Shown here piece after piece: positions 36,431 to 47,700 of a stretch of 64,000 bases of DNA (positions are counted from its first letter, which is position 1; every line of letters starts with the position of its first letter). The position numbers and the translations under genes were made by a program. The DNA lies in NCBI GenBank assembly GCA_002269645.1, contig NIVC01000424.1, positions 62,001 to 126,000 of the forward strand. Reading direction: 5' to 3'. The notes under the pieces were generated by a model. It worked only from the letters and a program-made list of their open reading frames with translations, had not been told where the DNA came from and did no database searches. This stretch comes from Macrostomum lignano. Lineage: Eukaryota.

Positions 36431-37069
36431 TAAGCGCCCTGGCCCTGTCTCTTGAAGCGATGCCAGAAATGAAAAGAGCAGAAGAACAAACAAATTGAGT
36501 CTAAATATATTTGCTCAGAAAAAAAACTATTTTTTGGTTGGAAGGACGTACGTCTACTTTAATTTGTTGCCTAATACTTTAAATTGCTATTAAATTGCTA
36601 GAGTGCAGAAAAGGTTGAATAGAAGACAGACTAAATAATAAGTAAGAAGCTTCTAAAGTGTTCACGAAAACTATTATTCACTCGGATAACACTATGGAAA
36701 AACAGGCGATTGCGATGCCAAGCAACATTCTATAGTAGACTACTTAGAGTAGAACTTGTTTAGCTCGTATCTTGATTAAAGAAAAAAATCATAGCTTGTA
36801 GATGGTAGATAACTTAAAAAAGCAAATAACATGCGATGAAAGTCTAGATATGAGCGCTTGAAAGCTGTGATTCTCTTAAATATTTCTACTTCAAAATATT
36901 TTAAATCGGGGGAGTTAAAAGTACAGCTATGCAAAATCTGATAATTAATAACTAAGTTGCGGGGCGGCGGTCCACTACTCAATATGACAGGACACAACAA
37001 GCTTACACAAAAAACGTCACGGTCAAAAATGATTATTCTGTTAATTAAATCATCTCTCTACGATTCAAA

Positions 37070-40000
37070 TTATTTGTAGCGGTTCACGTAGCTCTCGTGA
37101 AATTCTTTGAAAATTTGCATCACATTCTTTAGCTTCTCGACTGGCGGCAAAATCGTCATCCTGTGGGATGAGATGAGACAAAAAATCACGATATTTAATA
37201 AGGCAAGTAGCAGATTAAACGGTTAACATAACGGATAAACACTACCAGTCCAAGAGTGCCACTTATCTGATTATAGTCAAAATACAGTCTGTACGTGTGG
37301 ATTTGCGGAAGCAGGGTGAGTAAAGCGGTGAGGGGCTTATCGATTTTTATAGCTGGTCTCCTAGTCTCGCTGCAACCCCGACCAGCCACCCGAATTCACA
37401 CTTAGGGAATACAATCCCGGGATCCCGAAATCCCCGGGATCACACTTGTCTGGGATTCGAAAATCCCGGGATTGACTATCGGGATCCCGAGCCCAGTTTG
37501 CAATAATTCCATCATTCAATCTCGAGCAGTAGTATCTGCAGCTGAGCTAATGTCAGGTGAAAATCCTAACCCAGTTGGCCGGCTATGATTTAATAATCTT
37601 TTAAACATGCAGGCTTGTGAGAAGGCTAGTGCTGCAGGGCAGATCGTAGGAGATTTCAGGTGTAATAATGTACGCGCAACTGTGTGCATATGGTACTCGC
37701 AGACTAATGTAACTATTATTCTAAAACCTATGCACAGAGTCCGAAGCAATAGAGGGAGGCCAATTCTTCATTATTTCCGATCGCAGCGCTATAGCTTGCC
37801 AGACGGGAGTCAATCGTTGTTCATTGGAACTCTCCCTCTATCTCAAACCCAGCTAAAATTAGGGGGTCTCGACCTTGTGCAGATCAGAAGCCCCCCTTTA
37901 TGCGGAAGACCTCATTCTTAGCACTGTTAGCTAAGAAACCCTTTATAGATGCCCAGCATAGGGGTGGTGGCAGAACTACATGTACTTTAAGCAGTCTCTA
38001 CCTCCAAAACTCATTGGCCATAGCTGGGATTAGAACAGTGGGACCTTACTATCGGAATGGGCCCACAACCCAAGCTACCAGTTCTCCATCTAGGGGGGGG
38101 GGTGCCCCTGGGAGGGTGGAGGTCTGATCCCCTTCTAACCTAGTATCAATACCTCGCGCCATAGGTCGTAAAAAAGCACGTCTAATATGCCAGTCCGTAC
38201 ATCACACTCCAATTCTGAAGGCCATTTAAAATCAGATTAGATGGCTTCGTAAACCAAAAATGCACCAACAAAAATTAGAAACTTTTTTAATCCGGGATCC
38301 CGGCCCAACTTTTCGGGATCCCGGGATTGGCAAAGTCCGGGATATCCCGATCCCGAGAATCCCGGGATTTTTGAAGTCCGGGATTATCCCGATCCCGAGA
38401 ATCCCGGGATTTTCGAAGTCAGGGATATCCCGATCAAGAAAATCGCGGGATTTTCGAACTCCGGGATATCCCGATCCCGAGAATCCCGGGATTTTCGAAG
38501 TCGGGGATATCCCGATCCAGAGAATCCCGGGATTTTCGAAGTCGGGGATATCCCGATCCAGAGAATCCCGGGATTTTCGAAGTCCGGGATATCCCGATCC
38601 AGAGAATCCCGGGATTTTCGAAGTCAGGGATATCCCGATCAAGAGAATCCCGGGATTTTCGAAGTCAGGGATATCCCGATCAAGAGAATCCCGGGATTTT
38701 CGAAGTCGGGGATATCCCGATCAAGAGAATCCGGGATTTTCGAAGTCGGGATATCCCGATCAAGAGAATCCCGGGATTTTCGAAGTCGGGATATCCCGAT
38801 CCAGAGAATCCCGGGATTTTCGAAGTCCGGGATATCCCGATCAAGAGAATCCCGGGATTTTCGAAGTCAGGGATATCCCGATCCAGAGAATCTCGGGATT
38901 TTCGAAGTCCGGGATATCCCGATCCAGAGAATCCCGGGATTTTCGAAGTCCGGGATATCCCGATCCCGAGAATCCCGGGATTTTCGAAGTCCGGGATATC
39001 CCGATCCAGAGAATCCCGGGATTTTCGAAGTCCGGGATATCCCGATCCAGAGAATCCCGGGATTTTCGAAGTCCGGGATATCCCGATCAAGAGAATCTCG
39101 GGATTTTCGAAGTCCGGGATACCCCGATCCAGAGAATCCCGGGATTGACAAAGTCCGGGATATCACGATCCAGAGAATCCCGGGATTGGCAAAACTCGAT
39201 ATTTTGTATTCCCTAGTTAATACTAGGTTAAATGAATTGATGTATCCTACCCCTCCGGTTTGTTCCCACTAAATGTCCACACTGCACGCGTGGAGCTGAT
39301 GGGAGTCAATCGGTTTATCGAATGTATGGTTTCGAAAAAAACTGATGTACTTTTGTCTTATATTTTAAAATTATACCTCGCGTTAGTAATTTGTAGGTAG
39401 GCGAGGTTTTTTAATGTCGATCGTAGATTCATTACTTGAAACTTCACTTACTTTAGCGAATCAATCAAATCGGATGAATTTATTCACTAAAGCAATCAAT
39501 TAAGTAGTGCAAATTAACAGATCTAGACAGAGGATACTCGTATATACAAACCTAAAGTGGTAGGTGCCGGGTCGCTGACCGAAGCCCGACCCGGGCACAA
39601 CACAGACGCCCTTCTCCTCCAGCAGTGCGGTGCAGTACATCGCATCCGGCTGCATTCCCTTCGCCTTGGCCTCCTCAATCAGCTTGGGCGGCAGCTCAAT
39701 GCTGGGAAAAGCGTACATGGCGCCCTGAACCGGATTGCAGCGCATTCCGGCTATGCTGTTGAACGTCTCAGTGGCCATTTGAGCTTTCAGCTTCAGGTCG
39801 CCGAGCACCTGAGACTTCTCGCGCTCGTGCTCAGCGAATGATGGCTCGTCGGGCTTTGGCGGGTTCATAATCACATCTAGGATGGCCTGGCCCATGACCA
39901 CGGAGCACAGGCGGGCGCTGAGCTGCTTGTACAGCATGGCCTGAACCTCGGGGTCCATGTTGACCAGCTCGCAGTAGCCACCGCGGAAGCCGCACTCGCC

Positions 40001-43000
40001 CATGTAGCCTTTGCTGGCCGACATGAACGAGGCCAGCTCCATCTCCTTGAAGTAGGCGTCGCCCATGCCGTGCAGCACCTACAGTAAAGAGTGTCATTGT
40101 GTGTTCATTAGAGGCAGTAGGCTGTGTGCACCCCACAGATACTAGAATAACTAGATGGGCCACTCAGGCATATACTTAGTAAAACAGCTTTCTACTTTCA
40201 GTTTAGTAGCAAAGAAGAATACATAAGCTATTTAATAAAAAAAGGCGGCTGAAATGACTTTGATAAGTTTAGAAGCCCAAAAGCTTGCAGGCGTAAACAA
40301 ACTTGCTAATTGGTTCAGCAATAATGTACACTGGCCAGTCCACTGAAATGTACATAGTAGCTTTAGGCTGGAATTCCGAGAAAGGCAATAAAAATTGGGG
40401 CGGGCAGGGCGGGGCAGGGCGGGGGTAGTGTGGAAAGGCGCGGTTGGAGCGTTTAAGCGGGGGTAAGAACCAATAAATGAGCCTTGGCTTTAAAAATGCA
40501 TTAAAATGCTTCGGTTTATAACTTACTACTGAACTGAAAGTAGTTTACACGCAAATGTGATGAGTGGCCCATCTACTTATTCTAGTATCTGTGGTGCACC
40601 CTGGCGCACTTCAAGTGACATTGTGTCACACAACCGGCGACCCTGAGCCGGCATACAAGCGCGCGGATACGTACTCAGTCATACGCACAGGCACACACTC
40701 ACAGGAGTGTACAGCGACCCTAACTTTATTATCGTTATAGACATGTACATTTCACTGTGCCTTGGGGGTTGGTCCTGAAGGGCGTTAATTGCACAAGCAG
40801 AGCCAAGCCGAGATTCCAATTTAGTTTAGCCGCAAATTAATGTGACTGCACTTGGAATCGAGCCTGGGCCGTTAGTTGGCATATCAGAGCGCGGCGCTAG
40901 ACCACTGGGCTACGGCCCCTCTAAGAGAGTGAATGAAATTGTAGGTTAGGGAACCAGACTGTCAAGCTCAAGAAGTCAATGGATTAAAGATTTAGTATTA
41001 GAAACAGCAACTGACCTGCTTGAAGCTGTAAAACTTGGCCCCCTCCGCGTACACATTGTGCTGATAGACTTCATCAGCCAGAATGAACAAGTTCTTCTCC
41101 TTGGCAAATCGAATCACATCTTCGATTATTTCTTTGCGCAGTACCTGGCCAGTGGGATTTCCTGGATTAATCACAACCAAAGCGCGAGGCTTGCATTTAC
41201 CAACAGCTTCATCGTAGGCTCGGCGCAGCTCAGCCTGGCTCAGACTCCAATTGTCTGATTCTTCCAGGTAGTAGGGCACAGTCTGCAGATTGTACTGGCT
41301 GATGCTGGCTGAGTACAGAGGATACTGCGGTATGGGGACCATCACGCCAGGCTGATCGGCTCCCTCCTGTCCAGTTGCCAGAAGTTCCAGCACCGCCTTG
41401 ACAGCTTCGCTGGCGCCCGAAGTCAGAAAGATGTTCTCAGGGTTAGCGGGGATGCCGTCTCTGAAGGAGTGAGGATTTGGGATTAGTCACAGTTGTAGAT
41501 TTGGGAACGATATGATGGGGAAGTTGAAGGATTGTAAACAGGGATTTTTAAGCTGGTGATTTTAGGATAATGATACGGGTTTGGTATTTGGGATAAGATT
41601 CAGTAGAATTGATATTTGGAAGAAAAATCCCTATTTGGAAGAATCCCTATTTGGGAGAAGAATCCCTATTTGGAAGAAGAATCCCTATTTGGAAGAAGAA
41701 TCCCTATTTGGGAGTAGAATCCGTACTTGGGAGTAGAATCCCTATTTGGAAGAAGAATCCCTATTTGGGAGTAGAATCCGTACTTGGGAGTAGAATCCGT
41801 ATTTGGGAGAGGAATCCCTATTTAGAAGAATCCCTATTTGGGATTAGAATCCGTATTTGGGAGAAGAATCCCTATTTGGAAGAATCCCTATTTGGGATTA
41901 GAATCCCCATTTGGGAGGAATCCCTATTTGGGAGAAGAATCCCTATTTATAAAAATCCCTACTTGGGAGGAGAATCCCTATTTAGAAGAATCCCTATTTA
42001 GATGAATCCCTATTTGGAAGTAGAATCCCTATTTGGGAGAAGAATCCCTATTTGGGAGAAAAATCTCTATTTGGAAGAATCCCTATTTGGGAGAAGAATC
42101 CCTATTTGGGAGAAGAATCCCTATTTGGAAGAATCCCTATTTGGGAGAAGAATCCCTATTTGGAAGAAGAATCCCTATTTGGAAGAATCCCTATTTGGGA
42201 GAAGAATCCCTATTTTGGAAGAAGAATCCCTATTTGGGAGAAGAATCCCTATTTGGAAGAAGAATCCCTATTTGGAAGAAGAATCCCTATTTGGAAGAAT
42301 CCCTATTTGGGAGTAGAATCCCTATTTGGGAGAAGAATCCCTATTTGGAAGAAGAATCCCTATTTGGGAGTCGAATCCGTATTTGGGAGAAGAATCCCTA
42401 TTTGGAAGAAGAATCCCTATTTGGAATAAGAATCCCTATTTGGAAGAAGAATCCCTATTTGGAAGAAGAATCCCTATTTGGAAGAAGAATCCCTATTTGG
42501 GAGTCGAATCCGTATTTGGGAGAGGAATCCCTATTTAGAAGAATCCCTATTTGGGATTAGAATCCCCATTTGGGAGGAATCCCTATTTGGGAGAAGAATC
42601 CCTATTTATAAAAATCCCTACTTGGGAGAATCCCTATTTAGAAGAGTCCCTATTGGGAGGAGAATCCCTATTTAGAAGAATCCCTATTTGGGAGTAGAAT
42701 CCTTATTTGGGACAAGAATCATAACTTGGGAATCGCCTTGGGATCTGGGAATATGCGTCCCGCCTTTTGAATCAAGAACAAAGAAACGCCTAGATAAACA
42801 GCAATCAACAAAAGTCAGGCCTCACCGAGCCTCAATATACTTGGCGCAGTCTTCCCTAATAACGGGCACGCCGCAGGAGGCGCTGTAGGCGCCCACGCTG
42901 CCACCCCCGCAGCCCTCCAGAATCCGCTTAGCCCTGGCCTTGACATCGGCGGGATAGCGGTCAGAGTCCATCAGGCTGGGATCAGAGAGCACAGCAATCA

Positions 43001-43217
43001 CCTGGCGCAGAAAGGTGATTGGCTTCTGGCCCATAGCGTGACAGTCGCCAATGTTGCACCTGATGACCTCGGAAAATGGCTTAGTAGCGCCGGATTTTAA
43101 TTCCTTCTCTAGTTGAGTAGCCCTAGCAACTATGGGTCCGCGAACGGCGTATTCGAGTCGTTTCACGCACGGGTTCATCGACTCAAGGGTGAGCACTTTG
43201 CCTGACGCTTGCTGCAT
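37070..43217 (-). CDS. GPT: Alanine aminotransferase (GPT/ALT), paralogue A; 4 exons, 484 aa
   Basis: Exons 43217-42826, 41460-41016, 40078-39552, 37160-37070 (GT-AG, 1455 nt in frame). Motifs [72 protein letters not shown] (PLP lysine), [14 protein letters not shown]|MTILPP. Confidence 0.95.
37403..39215. mobile_element. Non-autonomous TIR element (TAGGGAATACAA...TTGTATTCCCTA) containing an expanded 41-bp array, in GPT-A intron 3
   Basis: 12-bp TIR at 37403 and 39204-39215, subterminal CCCGGGAT motifs; related to 50109-50625, which has an 8-bp TSD (hAT-like); no 8-bp TSD seen for this copy. Confidence 0.7.
38330..39190 (+). repeat. 41-bp tandem repeat CCGGGATATCCCGATCCAGAGAATCCCGGGATTTTCGAAGT
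   Basis: Direct observation; the ORF peptide repeats every 41 aa = 3 units. Confidence 0.95.
40103..40920 (-). mobile_element. tRNA-derived SINE (diverged copy) split by a MITE, in GPT-A intron 2
   Basis: Reverse complement of the 10232-10595 family: head at 40920, body to 40594, tail at 40133-40103. Confidence 0.85.
40134..40593 (-). mobile_element. hAT-like MITE family A, copy 2 (460 bp)
   Basis: Near-identical reverse complement of 6767-7227; 8-bp TSD GTGCACCC (40126-40133, 40594-40601). Confidence 0.92.
41590..42720 (+). repeat. 17-20-bp minisatellite AGAATCCCTATTTGG(G/A)AG in GPT-A intron 1
   Basis: Direct observation. Confidence 0.95.
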
Positions 43218-43349
43218 TTTAAATCTTTAATTGAGTTGCTTCTTGTAAAAATTATGTCTTTTGTCTTCTTTGATAAGTGTGAAGCTGAGCGAATCAAACG
43301 GCTTCTACTTCGAACATGCACAATAGTGATGGAGATTCAATGTAGCTGG

Positions 43350-44400
43350 GGACTCAGTCACTAGGGTAGCTGAGGATTCAGACTCAGGGATAGCTGAGGA
43401 TTCACACTCAGGGGTAGCTGAGGATTCCGACTCAGGGGTAGCTGAGGATTCAGACTCAGGGGTAGCTGAGGATTCACACTCAGTGGTAGTTGAGGATTCC
43501 GACTCAGGGGTAGCTTGGGATTCCGACTCAGGGGTAGCTGAGGATTCCGACTCAGGGGTAGCTGAAGATTCCGACTCAGGGGTAGCTGAGGATTCACACG
43601 CAGGGGTAGCTGAAGATTCAGACTCAGGGGTAGCTGAGGATTCACACTCAGGGGTAGCTGAAGAATCCGACTCAGGGGTAGCTGAGGATTCCGACTCAGG
43701 TGTAGCTGAAGATTCCGACTCAGGGATAGCTGAGGATTCACACTCAGTGGTAGTTGAGGATTCACACTTAGGGGTAGCTGAAGTTTCCGACTCAGGGGTA
43801 GCTGAAGATTCCTACTCAGGGCTAATGAGGACTCCGACTCAGGGGTAGCTGAAGATTCCGACTCAGGGGTAGCTGAGGATTCCGACTCAGGGGTAGCTGA
43901 GGACTCCGACTCAGGGGTAGCTGAAGATTCCGATTCAGGGGTAGCTGAGGACTCCGACTCAGGGGTAGCTGAAGATTCCGACTCAGGGGTAGCTGAGGAT
44001 TCCGACTCAGGGGTAGCTGAAGATTCCGACTCAGGGGTAGCTGAGGACTCCGACTCAGGGGTAGCTGAAGATTCCGATTCAGGGGTAGCTGAGGATTCAC
44101 ACTCAGGGGTAGCTGAGGATTCACACTCAGGGGTAGCTGAGGATTCACACTCAGTGGTAGTTGAGGATTCCGACTCAGGGGTAGCTTGGGATTCCGACTC
44201 AGGGGTAGCTGAGGATTCAGACTCAGGGGTAGCTGAGGATTCTGACTCAGGGGTAGCTGAAGATTCCGACTCAGGGGTAGCTGAGGATTCAGACTCAGGG
44301 GTAGCTGAGGATTCTGACTCAGGGGTAGCTGAGGATTCTGACTCAGGGGTAGCTGAAGTTATGACTCAGGGGTAGCTGAGAGTTCAGACTCAATGGTAGC
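43350..44400 (+). repeat. 24-bp minisatellite GGGTAGCTGAGGATTCCGACTCAG between the GPT paralogues
   Basis: Direct observation; internal CTGAG...CTCAG dyad. Confidence 0.95.
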
Positions 44401-44729
44401 TGACTCAGGGGTAGTACGGTAGTATCCCTAATCTTGCAAACATTTAAACGTGAAAAATTGCAGAAAGGAAAATTTCTGCTTGATCTTGAGTTTGATCAAT
44501 CATAGATAAATCAGTATGTAAACAATTGAGTATAATTGTAAAAAAATCAGATCTAATGAGTCAACACACTATGCAGTTAAAATCAAACGCTAACAAATAC
44601 AACTCTATTTGTAAAATTGTATAAAACTAATTAAGACAACCGGATCCTGGAAAAATTAGAAGTTTTAAAAACTGCAATCTCTAACAAAAAGGTTGAAAGA
44701 ATTTCTCCCGTCCTGTGCACGTCTGGTTA

Positions 44730-47700
44730 TTACGAAAATCGATTCACAAAACTCTGATGAAAATCTCGAAACTGCTCCATGACCTGTCGCAGCTTGTCAA
44801 CTGGCGGTAGAATGGTCATTCTGAAACAGAAGTACACAATTGTCATTATTAAGATGATAATGAACGGAAATGGGATCACAGAGAACACACATCGGAAATG
44901 GGATCATAGAGAACACACACATCGGAAATGGGATCATAGAGAACACACATCGGAAATGGGATCATAGAGAACACACATCGGAAATGGGATCACAGAGAAC
45001 ACACATCGGAAATGGGATCATAGAGAACACACACATCGGAAATGGGATCATAGAGAACACACACATCGGAAATGGGATCATAGAGAACACACACACTGGA
45101 AATGGTACATAGAGAACACAAACTGGAAATGGGGTCATAGAGAACACACATCGGAAATGGGATCATAGAGAACACACACATCGGAAATGGTACATAGAGA
45201 ACAAAAACTGGAAATGGGATCACAGAGAACACACACACTGGAAATGGTACATAGAGAACACACACACTGGAAATGGTACATAGAGAACACACACACACAC
45301 ACACATCGGAAATGGGATCACAGAGAACACAAACTGGAAATGGGATCACAGAGAACACACATCGGAAATGGGATTATAGAGAACACACATCGGAAATGGG
45401 ATCATAGAGAACACACACATCGGAAATGGGATCATAGAGAACACACACATCGGAAATGGGATTATAGAGAACACACATCGGAAATGGGATCATAGAGAAC
45501 ACACATCGGAAATGGGATTATAGAGAACACACATCGGAAATGGGATCATAGAGAACACACATCGGAAATGGGATCACAGAGAACACACATCGGAAATGGG
45601 ATCGTAGAGAACACACATCGGAAATGGGACCATAGAGAACACACATACACATTCGAAATGGTATCACAGAGAACACACATCGGAAATGGGATCACAGAGA
45701 ACACAAACTGGAAATGGGATCACAGAGAACACACATCGGAAATGGGATCATAGAGAACACACATTGGAAATGGGATCATAGAGAACACACATCGGAAATG
45801 GGATCACAGAGAACACACATCGGAAATGGGATCACAGAGAACACAAACCGGATATGGGATCACAGAGAACACAAACTGGAAATGGGATCACAGAGAACAC
45901 ACATCGGAAATGGGATCACAGAGAACACAAACCGGAAATGGGATCATAGAGAACACACACACTGGAAATGGTACATAGAGAACAAAAACTGGAAATGGGA
46001 TCACAGAGAACACACATCGGAAATGGGATCATAGAGAACACACATCGGAAATGGGATCACAGAGAACACAAACCGGAAATGGGATCATAGAGAACACACA
46101 CACTGGAAATGGTACATAGAGAACAAAAACTGGAAATGGGATCACAGAGAACACACATCGGAAATGGGATCATAGAGAACACACATTGGACATGGGATCA
46201 CAGAGAACACACATCGGAAATGGGATCATAGAGAACACACATCGGAAATGGGATCATAGAGAACACACATCGGAAATGGGATCATAGAGAACACACATTG
46301 GACATGGGATCACAGGGAACACACATCGGAAATGGGATCATAGAGAACACACATCGGAAATGGGATCACAGGGAACACACATCGGAAATGGGATCATAGA
46401 GAACACACACCGGAAATGGGATCACAGAGAACACAAACTGGAAATGGGATCACAGAGAACACACATCGGAAATGGGATCATAGAGAACACACATTGGAAA
46501 TGGGATCATAGAGAACACACATCGGAAATGGGATCACAGAGAACACACATTGGAAATGGGATCACAGAGAACACAAACCGGATATGGGATCACAGAGAAC
46601 ACAAACTGGAAATGGGATCACAGAGAACACACATCGGAAATGGGATCACAGAGAACACAAACCGGAAATGGGATCATAGAGAACACACACACTGGAAATG
46701 GTACATAGAGAACAAAAACTGGAAATGGGATCACAGAGAACACACATCGGAAATGGGATCATAGAGAACACACATCGGAAATGGGATCACAGAGAACACA
46801 AACCGGAAATGGGATCATAGAGAACACACACACTGGAAATGGTACATAGAGAACAAAAACTGGAAATGGGATCACAGAGAACACACATCGGAAATGGGAT
46901 CATAGAGAACACACATTGGACATGGGATCACAGAGAACACACATCGGAAATGGGATCATAGAGAACACACATCGGAAATGGGATCATAGAGAACACACAT
47001 CGGAAATGGGATCATAGAGAACACACATTGGACATGGGATCACAGGGAACACACATCGGAAATGGGATCATAGAGAACACACATCGGAAATGGGATCACA
47101 GGGAACACACATCGGAAATGGGATCATAGAGAACACACACCGGAAATGGGATCATAGAGAACACACACCGGAAAAGGGACATAGAAAAAGAACACAAATG
47201 AGGTCAAAAGTTTAAACAAGAGAGATGGGATTAAAAATTATATTAAGAAATGATTGGATCAGAGTTGGCTACCTAAAGTGGTAGGTGCCGGGTCGCTGAC
47301 CGAAGCCCGACCCGGGCACAACACAGACGCCCTTCTCCTCCAGCAGTGCGGTGCAGTACATCGCATCCGGCTGCATTCCCTTCGCCTTGGCCTCCTCAAT
47401 CAGCTTGGGCGGCAGCTCAATGCTGGGAAAAGCGTACATGGCGCCCTGAACCGGATTGCAGCGCATTCCGGGTATGCTGTTGAACGTCTCAGTGGCCATT
47501 TGAGCTTTCAGCTTCAGGTCGCCGAGCACTTGAGACTTCTCGCGCTCGTGCTCAGCGAATGATGGCTCGTCGGGCTTAGGCGGGTTCACGATCACGTCTA
47601 GGATGGCCTGGCCTGCCACCGACGGACAGCCTCGATTCGCAAGCTGACGATACAGCAGCGACTGCAGCCGAGCGTCTGGATTGAGCAGCTCGCAGTAGCC

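Noticed and set aside
38232-39216. 318-aa repetitive ORF
   Set aside because: Translation of the 41-bp tandem repeat inside a GPT intron.
44752-44775. Hammerhead ribozyme core (CTGATGA...GAAA)
   Set aside because: No stem II between the motifs; it is the antisense of the GPT-B last exon.
41609-47190. Many repetitive ORFs in GPT introns and the spacer
   Set aside because: All coincide with minisatellites.
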